Positions 58,193 to 64,000 of a stretch of DNA of 64,000 nucleotides are shown here, one piece after another. Within the stretch, counting starts at the first letter, position 1. The number at the start of each line of letters is the position of its first letter. Below the pieces are notes generated by a model, which worked only from the letters and a program-made list of their open reading frames with translations, did no database searches and was not told the origin of the DNA. The stretch is from a virus (Duplodnaviria; Caudoviricetes), in the IMG/VR virus record IMGVR_UViG_2974778606_000001, positions 32,001 through 96,000 of that record; one strand, given 5' to 3'. The translations under genes were made by a program, and so were the position numbers.

Positions 58193-58441
58193 ATGGACGA
58201 TAAAGTATATCTAGTTTTTCAATGGACAGACAACGATGACCCCGATTACGAAACGGATATCGAATATCTGGGGGTCGCAATGTCAGAGAAGCGAGCGAAG
58301 GAAGTCATCGACGCCTTTAATCCTGGTCCTGATTGGGAAAAGAATGGCGAATATGAATGGCGCTGGACCGAAAAGCAGTCCAATGGCTGGACACGTTGGG
58401 CCGAGACTGGTGTGACATACACCCCTCTTGACATCCTGTGA
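58193..58441 (+). CDS. Hypothetical protein
   Basis: ATG 1 nt after tRNA; resembles 58526 ORF (KVYLV...G...SEKRAKE). Confidence 0.7.
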   Translation: MDDKVYLVFQWTDNDDPDYETDIEYLGVAMSEKRAKEVIDAFNPGPDWEKNGEYEWRWTEKQSNGWTRWAETGVTYTPLDIL

Positions 58442-58525
58442 GTTGACAAGAGGCCCAGCGCAGAGTAGAGTAGTCAACAGATGGACACCTCCTAGTGTCT
58501 AGAGTACACATCAATAGGAGGAAAA

Positions 58526-58681
58526 ATGAAGGTATGGCTCATCGTTGACGGTTGCGGATGCGGCTGGTACGATGGAGAAGTAATCAAGGGCGCTTACACT
58601 TCTGAGAAGAAGGCAAAGGAAGCACTTGATAACATTGAAGATGGCTACTACCTTGACATCAAGGAGCTGGTAGTCGAATAA
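58526..58681 (+). CDS. 51-aa hypothetical protein (not in ORF track)
   Basis: AGGAGG RBS; MKVWLIV...GAYTSEKKAKE; TTGACA-N17-TAGAGT at 58443-58471. Confidence 0.7.
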   Translation: MKVWLIVDGCGCGWYDGEVIKGAYTSEKKAKEALDNIEDGYYLDIKELVVE

Positions 58682-58695
58682 AGCCGAAAGGCTAT

Positions 58696-58768
58696 GGGGA
58701 TGTAGCTCAATTGGAAGAGCAGTTCAATGGCATTGAACAGGTTGTGGGTTCGAATCCCATCTTCTCCA
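58696..58768 (+). tRNA. tRNA-Ala(GGC)
   Basis: G3:U70; GTTCA-ATGGCAT-TGAAC. Confidence 0.9.
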
Positions 58769-58939
58769 CGCAGTTTTATCAGTTTCTGGCACAACATGAA
58801 ACTGAACGAGGCAGGTTCTAGCAGACCTAATTGGTAGCAAGGTGTAGCCCGTACACCCCTTGCAGCGTACAGACCACATGTGCTAGCATGGTACGTATAT
58901 TAGGGAATGTGCGGCTGGTCCCCAATCATTCCCAACCAA

Positions 58940-59012
58940 GCTCCGGTAGCTCAGTTGGTAGAGCAGGCGGCTCTTAACCGTCGTGTCGCTGGTTCAAGTC
59001 CAGTTCGGAGTA
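58940..59012 (+). tRNA. tRNA-Lys(CTT)
   Basis: GGCGG-CTCTTAA-CCGTC. Confidence 0.92.
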
Positions 59013-59139
59013 CAAAACGAGGTTGCAAACTCGTTCAATCATGTTGGGGTTCGATTCCCTCTGGTGAAACAACATGGTGTAATTGAGAGGAAAAGGCGGG
59101 GGCACATAATAAAGCCCTGCTGTCTAGCCACTCTTTTAT

Positions 59140-59214
59140 GGTCCGGTCGCACAGTCTGGTAGTGCAATTGACTTTTAATCTTTGAGGACGTGGGTTCGAA
59201 TCCCACCCGGACCA
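59140..59214 (+). tRNA. tRNA-Lys(TTT), weak anticodon stem
   Basis: Loop CTTTTAA; two U-U mismatches in stem. Confidence 0.82.
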
Positions 59215-59215
59215 C

Positions 59216-59374
59216 ATGGGTAATAAGGTATGGAATAAGGGTGATAAGGTCATCCGAAACAATAACACTGATGCTGGTACTGTTGAGAAGCAAGACGGCC
59301 GGTGGGTGATAGTTACCCTTGACACTGGTGGCCAGAAGCGTCTTGGTGCCAACGATTTGAAGCGAAGGCGTTGA
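59216..59374 (+). CDS. 52-aa SH3-like microprotein (not in ORF track)
   Basis: WNKGDKVI...GTVE...V.V.LDTG; ATG 1 nt after tRNA. Confidence 0.65.
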   Translation: MGNKVWNKGDKVIRNNNTDAGTVEKQDGRWVIVTLDTGGQKRLGANDLKRRR

Positions 59375-59526
59375 TGGCATTCAAAGTACATGATAAGGTA
59401 AAAGTAGTCAGTGGTCCTCACGCTGGCAAGACTGGTAAGGTCTTGGCAGTCACAGGAAAGACCTGTACAGTGAAGACAAAGGAAGGTACTTATCACATCC
59501 ATGAGAACGACCTCAGAGGGAACTGA
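59374..59526 (+). CDS. 50-aa KOW microprotein (not in ORF track)
   Basis: FKVHDKVKVVSGPHAGKTGKV. Confidence 0.75.
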   Translation: MAFKVHDKVKVVSGPHAGKTGKVLAVTGKTCTVKTKEGTYHIHENDLRGN

Positions 59527-59534
59527 GGTTTTAT

Positions 59535-59607
59535 CTCCTCTTAGCTCAATGGATAGAGCGACAGGCTTCGAACCTGTGCGTAGGGAGTTCGATTCTCTCA
59601 GGGGAGG
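59535..59607 (+). tRNA. tRNA-Arg(TCG)
   Basis: ACAGG-CTTCGAA-CCTGT. Confidence 0.9.
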
Positions 59608-59665
59608 CTTGACATAGCCAACATGGCATGTCAGACTAAAGGCAGGCAGACGGACAAGGAGAACA

Positions 59666-60031
59666 GTGGTTCAAGGTCCATGCATTCTGTGGACCGGCAA
59701 TACTATTGAAACACATGGCAATACCTACGGGATTTTGCCCGGTAAGAAGATAGTCCTTGCCCACAGAGTTGCTTATGAGAAGAAGCATGGGAAGATTCCT
59801 GACGGTCTAGTAATTGACCACTTGTGCAGGAACGGACTGTGTGTTAACGTTAAGCATCTAGAGGCAGTCACCAATGTAGAAAATGTAATGCGTGGTGAAG
59901 GTGCTCCAGCAAAGAATGCTAGAAAGACTCATTGTCTGAGGGGCCACGCGCTTACTCCAGACAATATTTACAATCGCAGAAACGGTCGAAGAGACTGTAA
60001 ACTCTGCAACAAAATAAGGCGTGACAAGTAA
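59666..60031 (+). CDS. HNH endonuclease
   Basis: CILWTG...AHRVAY...IDHLCRN..CVN..HLE.VT..EN. Confidence 0.88.
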   Translation: MVQGPCILWTGNTIETHGNTYGILPGKKIVLAHRVAYEKKHGKIPDGLVIDHLCRNGLCVNVKHLEAVTNVENVMRGEGAPAKNARKTHCLRGHALTPDNIYNRRNGRRDCKLCNKIRRDK

Positions 60032-60241
60032 GCGGTCGGACAAGGCTATGGAGTGTGAGAGTAGTTCAAGCGGTGGTAACTTAAATGCCCACTTAATGAT
60101 GCTCAACAAAACTGTGGGATGCGAGTGGACCAGCCTTACTTGACACAAGCGGGGAACATGAGTATGCTAACCTCTAAGAGGAACGACGACTACAAGTTCC
60201 CCGCTTTTCAATAAACAAATCTAGTAACTAGGAGTTACATA

Positions 60242-61030
60242 ATGAGTTTTCTGCGTAAGATGAAGAACTTCACGCCTGCCGCTCACCTGTCTCCCAAGAA
60301 GACAGTTGCGCTGACGCGAATCAATTCTGGTCAGCCTGCTGCAAACGTGAGTCTCATCAAGCAGAACGGCGTCTCCTTCGAGAAGAAGGTTGCTAGCGCT
60401 GTGTCTCTTCAGAAGAGCATGGGCGTTGAGAATCGATTTGATGTCATTGCTCTGATTGACGAGTCTGGCTCAATGGGCGGACTTTTCCGCGATGGAACTG
60501 TTCAGTCTCTTGCAGAGCGTGCTCTAGCATGGACAGCCGGTGTGGATGCGGATGGCATGGCCCCTGTTGGTGGCTTTGCTTCTGGCTTCAAGTGGCACGG
60601 AGAAATCAGTCTGTCCAACGTTATGGGATGCGCTGCAAATTGGCGTACCTGGGGCAGCACTGACCTGACTGCTGGCCTGAAGGCGGCTCTGGAAGTTGCA
60701 AAGGGTGCTGACAATCCTGTCTACCTCTTTGTTATCACTGATGGCTCTCCTGATGACCGAGGCTCTGCCGTTAAGCTTATCAAGGAGATGTCTCAGTATC
60801 CTATCTTCATCAAGTTCTTGCTAGTTGGGAATGACCGATGGGGCAAGGAGTTCCTTGAGTACGTGGACGACCTTGAGCAGCACGAGCCTGGTGGTCGACT
60901 GTTTGACAACGTCGACACTCAGCACATCGTGAACGTCTCTCGCGTCAGCGACGACGATTTCAACAAGGCGATGACTGAGGAAGTTGCATCATCCGTTGCT
61001 GCAATGAAGCAGGTTGGCCTGGTTCGTTGA
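60242..61030 (+). CDS. vWA protein (TerF-like)
   Basis: DESGSM..LF.DG.VQ.L.ER, ITDG, RLFDN. Confidence 0.85.
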   Translation: MSFLRKMKNFTPAAHLSPKKTVALTRINSGQPAANVSLIKQNGVSFEKKVASAVSLQKSMGVENRFDVIALIDESGSMGGLFRDGTVQSLAERALAWTAGVDADGMAPVGGFASGFKWHGEISLSNVMGCAANWRTWGSTDLTAGLKAALEVAKGADNPVYLFVITDGSPDDRGSAVKLIKEMSQYPIFIKFLLVGNDRWGKEFLEYVDDLEQHEPGGRLFDNVDTQHIVNVSRVSDDDFNKAMTEEVASSVAAMKQVGLVR

Positions 61031-61263
61031 GTTGACACAACTCACTACATGATGTAGAGTAGTACTCATAACCAGCTCAAGCTTGGCCGAAAGGCCCGGC
61101 GGCGTTCAGGGAAGCTGGGATGTGTGATAGAGTGAACGTACTCACACAAAGGCCACAGTAGAAAGTCCCCGAACTGGTCTTGACACATTGCAGGGCAAGC
61201 GCTACAGTCGAAGAGGTGGAGCGAAAGCAGAGAAGCCGATGACTCGACCAAAAGCGCTTATAT

Positions 61264-61333
61264 GGCAGCAGGGCGCTGGTGTGCCAATAGCTCTCATAAG
61301 GCTAAGGGGAAGGTTCGAAACCTTCTGTTGCTA
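61264..61333 (+). tRNA. tRNA(CAT), Met or Ile2
   Basis: TAGCT-CTCATAA-GGCTA. Confidence 0.8.
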
Positions 61334-61336
61334 CAA

Positions 61337-61405
61337 AGCGGATTAGTGAAACGGTATCACGCGAGGCTCATAATCTCGTATTCCTGTTCGAATCAGGGTC
61401 CGCCC
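61337..61405 (+). tRNA. tRNA(CAT), initiator-like 1:72 mismatch, atypical
   Basis: CGAGG-CTCATAA-TCTCG; short T-stem. Confidence 0.7.
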
Positions 61406-61444
61406 CCACTTATAATAAGCAGTACAACCAACAAGGAGAATAAA

Positions 61445-61576
61445 ATGCCTGGTCCCCTCTCTACCCCGAACGCTTCCAAGCCGATGACGCAGAAGGAGCT
61501 TCGCGAGCGGGTTGAGAACCTGATGCGCGGTAAGGTCCCTACGACTGGCAAGACTGCCAAGGTTAAGGGCCACTGA
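61445..61576 (+). CDS. Small basic protein
   Basis: AAGGAG RBS. Confidence 0.6.
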   Translation: MPGPLSTPNASKPMTQKELRERVENLMRGKVPTTGKTAKVKGH

Positions 61577-61591
61577 CCTCAAGGAGGTTAA

Positions 61592-61774
61592 ATGGCTGAC
61601 AAGTACCGAATCAAGGAACATCTCGAAACGGTATACGATAAGGACAAGGTTCAAGAGAGAATCGATGCTCTGCAAAGCATAGTTGACAACCGCAAGCGCG
61701 GTGGTAAGATTATCGCAGAGCACAAGCAGACGGGACGGAAGCACCAGTGGCTTCTATGGTACGTCAAGCAGTGA
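61592..61774 (+). CDS. Hypothetical protein
   Basis: AAGGAGGT RBS. Confidence 0.7.
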   Translation: MADKYRIKEHLETVYDKDKVQERIDALQSIVDNRKRGGKIIAEHKQTGRKHQWLLWYVKQ

Positions 61775-61790
61775 GGCCCTTCGGGGTCAA

Positions 61791-61872
61791 GCATGAGCGG
61801 CGAAGTTGGAGAGTCGCGGTGGTCTGTAAAACCATTTCTTCGGGTGAGTCAGTTCGAATCTGGCCTCATGCA
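61791..61872 (+). tRNA. tRNA-Tyr(GTA)
   Basis: GTGGT-CTGTAAA-ACCAT with variable arm. Confidence 0.9.
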
Positions 61873-62061
61873 CGCAACAGGCAAAGTCATACCTTAACTA
61901 GCTAGGGGTCCTGGAGAAAAGTGACTGGCTGAGCGGGAAGCGATTCCCCTTCTGGGCTGACAACCGCGACTGTCAATCCGTGCGCGGCACACGGAAAAGC
62001 TATCGAGTTTACCCATCAGGGCGACGGTCCAAAATGCGTAATCAGATAGCATGCCCCATCT

Positions 62062-62133
62062 GCATGTAAGCCAGGGATAAGCTAGGCGGGCCTGTAAAGC
62101 CCTACCTCGATGGTTCGAATCCGTCTACATGCA
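62062..62133 (+). tRNA. tRNA-Tyr(GTA), short variable arm
   Basis: GGGC-CTGTAAA-GCCC; GCATGTA/TACATGC. Confidence 0.75.
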
Positions 62134-62136
62134 CTT

Positions 62137-62218
62137 GCAGGTGATAGGCCAATGGATGGCTCAAACGCTTAAGCGTGGATATCTGAGAAAGCACGGTTCG
62201 ATTCCGGCATCATCTGCT
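62137..62218 (+). ncRNA. tRNA-like RNA with 9-bp acceptor stem and no normal anticodon loop
   Basis: GCAGGTGAT/ATCATCTGC; GCCA/TGGC D-arm; CGG-TTCGATT-CCG. Confidence 0.55.
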
Positions 62219-62221
62219 CTT

Positions 62222-62293
62222 GGTGGCTATAGCATAAAAGTAATGTTCAAGGCTGTGAACCTTGAGAAGAGGGGGCGGTACCCTCTAGTCACC
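62222..62293 (+). tRNA. tRNA-His(GTG), G-1:C73, aberrant T-loop
   Basis: CAAGG-CTGTGAA-CCTTG; T-loop GGCGGTA. Confidence 0.8.
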
Positions 62294-62494
62294 CTTTGCA
62301 GGCTAGAATCTACTCTATGGTTAGACTAAGGTAGACTATGAAAAGGAGTCGTACGCTCCTAGCACCCCTCTCCAGTAGGTGTCTGCAAGAACTGGAAAAC
62401 TTAAGCTGCCGTAGCTCAAGCACCTGCCTATAAGCGGGAAAGAGCGTCTATTCGTGGAGAATAGAAGATGCTGAATTAACGGCCGGTGGCGCAT

Positions 62495-62570
62495 GGGGTT
62501 GGTAGCTCAATTGGACAAGAGCGCTGCGTTGTGGTCGCAGTGGTTGCGGGTTCGAGTCCCGTCCTTCCCA
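62495..62570 (+). tRNA. tRNA-His(GTG), A73
   Basis: CTGCG-TTGTGGT-CGCAG. Confidence 0.85.
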
Positions 62571-62571
62571 C

Positions 62572-62901
62572 ATGAATAGAATGAGAAAGGCGGTCGGTGT
62601 TGCTAGCCTTCTTCTCGTTCTTGTTGGATGCGGTAGCGATAACAAGGATAGTCTTACAACTAGAGACAAAGCGTATGTAAATACTCTGAGAGAAGAAATC
62701 ACTGGCGTCAAAGATATGAGCGACACCAAGCTAGTAGCCCTAGGCAGAGAAGCTTGTGCAAGCTCAGACAATGGTGATAACTTCAATGAGACCGTTCGCA
62801 AAGTAAGCAACTATGGTTTGACAGAAAGTGATTCTGCTTATCTGACAGGAGCTGCATTCGCTGCTTATTGTCCAAGCAACGTCCCAAAAATCGGAAGCTG
62901 A
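62572..62901 (+). CDS. Lipoprotein (DUF732-like)
   Basis: Lipobox LVGC; D..LV.LG..AC...AA..AYCP. Confidence 0.8.
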   Translation: MNRMRKAVGVASLLLVLVGCGSDNKDSLTTRDKAYVNTLREEITGVKDMSDTKLVALGREACASSDNGDNFNETVRKVSNYGLTESDSAYLTGAAFAAYCPSNVPKIGS

Positions 62902-62902
62902 C

Positions 62903-63142
62903 ATGATGCAAATAGACATTAGATATTCATTTGGCAATGGCCCCTACACTGTAGGTGGAGAGATTGACAACATCCCATTTGAAATGACATATTTCTATGG
63001 GGAAGCATATCTGATTGTCTTGACAGAGGATTTCGTTCTTCGAACTGGATGCATGTACAATCCGATTGCTGGCAAGCTGGACAACATTATGACAGGTCAG
63101 TTGATATTCAATCTGGCCAGGCAGCTTGACAGCGAGCTGTAA
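62903..63142 (+). CDS. Hypothetical protein
   Basis: 79 aa, 1 nt after lipoprotein stop. Confidence 0.6.
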   Translation: MMQIDIRYSFGNGPYTVGGEIDNIPFEMTYFYGEAYLIVLTEDFVLRTGCMYNPIAGKLDNIMTGQLIFNLARQLDSEL

Positions 63143-63161
63143 GTAATGTAATGTAGTTAAT

Positions 63162-63235
63162 GAGGTAGAAGCAGCGGGTGCTGCCGACAGTCTGCAAAAC
63201 TGTTTGTATTTGGAGTTCGACTCTCCTCTATCTCT
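63162..63235 (+). tRNA. tRNA-Cys(GCA) with 8/4 fold
   Basis: GAGGTAGA/TCTATCTC; ACAGT-CTGCAAA-ACTGT; U73; promoter TTGACA-N17-TAATGT at 63126-63154. Confidence 0.8.
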
Positions 63236-63252
63236 CTGGTATAATTACCAAT

Positions 63253-63327
63253 GCCACGTTAGCTCATTTGGTGTAGAGCGACGCTCTTGTAAAGCGTAGG
63301 TGGTCGGTTCGAAACCGACACGTGGCT
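63253..63327 (+). tRNA. tRNA-Thr(TGT)
   Basis: ACGCT-CTTGTAA-AGCGT. Confidence 0.93.
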
Positions 63328-63420
63328 CAATGAGGCGTCATGCTGGGGAGAATGCAACCGAACTAGCCTCTGGCAAATCAGGACGGTCTAGTAGCTAGTT
63401 GCAGGCGAACGGCCTTTAAT

Positions 63421-63492
63421 GCCCCCATAGTGCTAGTGGTAACACATATCCTTGGTACGGATATATCGTCAGTTCGATTCTGACTGGGGGAT
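63421..63492 (+). tRNA. tRNA-Thr(GGT)
   Basis: TATCC-TTGGTAC-GGATA; 1:72 mismatch. Confidence 0.88.
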
Positions 63493-63617
63493 TCGAAATA
63501 AACCGAAAGGTGTGTTTTAATGAGTACTCTAGGACTCAGGCTAAAGGCGCTATTCCTTAAGGCCAAGCCTTACCTTCCACTAGCTCTTGTCTGGTGGAAA
63601 AATCGTAAGAGGAAGTA

Positions 63618-63998
63618 ATGCCAACAATAAATTACCAAGGGCGCAATGGTGAACTAACCATTGAGTCAGAATCTCATTCGGTTTACGGATATGAAACTTC
63701 GTGGGATAAGAATTGGAAAATTAAGGACAGCGCAGGGCATTGGCATTTCTATGGTTCTGATGATGACCCGTTTCCAACTCTTTACAGTAAGCCGTGGAAG
63801 GTTTATGACGAAGACAATCCCGACGATGAATGGGAAGAGACAAAGTATTTCTGCAAAGAATGTCATGTAGAGGTCACTCCAAAGCAAACAAGACAACAGG
63901 TTTTCAAGGAAATCAAGGGTGACACTCGTTACATTTTGACTCGTGAAGTGTCAGAAGAAGAGGCAATGGCATGGCTTCAAGAGCAACAAATAGGGTAA
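63618..63998 (+). CDS. Hypothetical protein
   Basis: GAGGA RBS; 126 aa. Confidence 0.7.
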   Translation: MPTINYQGRNGELTIESESHSVYGYETSWDKNWKIKDSAGHWHFYGSDDDPFPTLYSKPWKVYDEDNPDDEWEETKYFCKECHVEVTPKQTRQQVFKEIKGDTRYILTREVSEEEAMAWLQEQQIG

Positions 63999-64000
63999 TT

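Noticed and set aside
58813-58840. preQ1-I riboswitch-like AGGTTCTAGCAGACCT
   Set aside because: No A-rich 3' tail and no adjacent regulated gene
61186-61260. c-di-GMP-I riboswitch resemblance (GGGCAA...CGAAGAG..GG..CGAAAGC)
   Set aside because: No second-helix consensus, and the 5' part is the spacer and -10 of a TTGACA promoter
256-63896. Minus-strand ORFs in the ORF track
   Set aside because: They shadow + strand genes or tRNAs and show no recognisable motifs

Overview
A 64-kb segment of a large dsDNA tailed phage with every supported gene on the + strand. Gene content and order resemble the tRNA-rich Streptomyces siphoviruses (SEA-PHAGES BE/BK type); this is recognition, not a database result. 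Layout: tail module (1-19.4 kb), holin region, replication/recombination block (DnaB, primase, SSB, DnaE, MazG, RecA, Cas4-like, RuvC-like; 22-34 kb), terminase (36-38 kb), then a 25-kb RNA-dense region. That region holds about 37 tRNA genes, many small ORFs, a Ro60/TROVE protein, a nucleotidyltransferase and a TraB/FtsK-like translocase. Strongest unexplained signals: (1) three paralogous Y-RNA-like genes with Ro60 and a nucleotidyltransferase; (2) a 77-nt mini-tmRNA-like RNA with no mRNA domain, plus several non-canonical tRNA folds; (3) ORFs starting 1 nt after a tRNA 3' end, suggesting leaderless mRNAs made by tRNA processing; (4) promoters inside RBS-sequestering hairpins before holin and terminase; (5) a TraB-like gene near a GACATGTC repeat array, plus a strand-skewed GGCCGGT heptamer. 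All calls, folds and counts were made by eye; coordinates may be off by a few nt.
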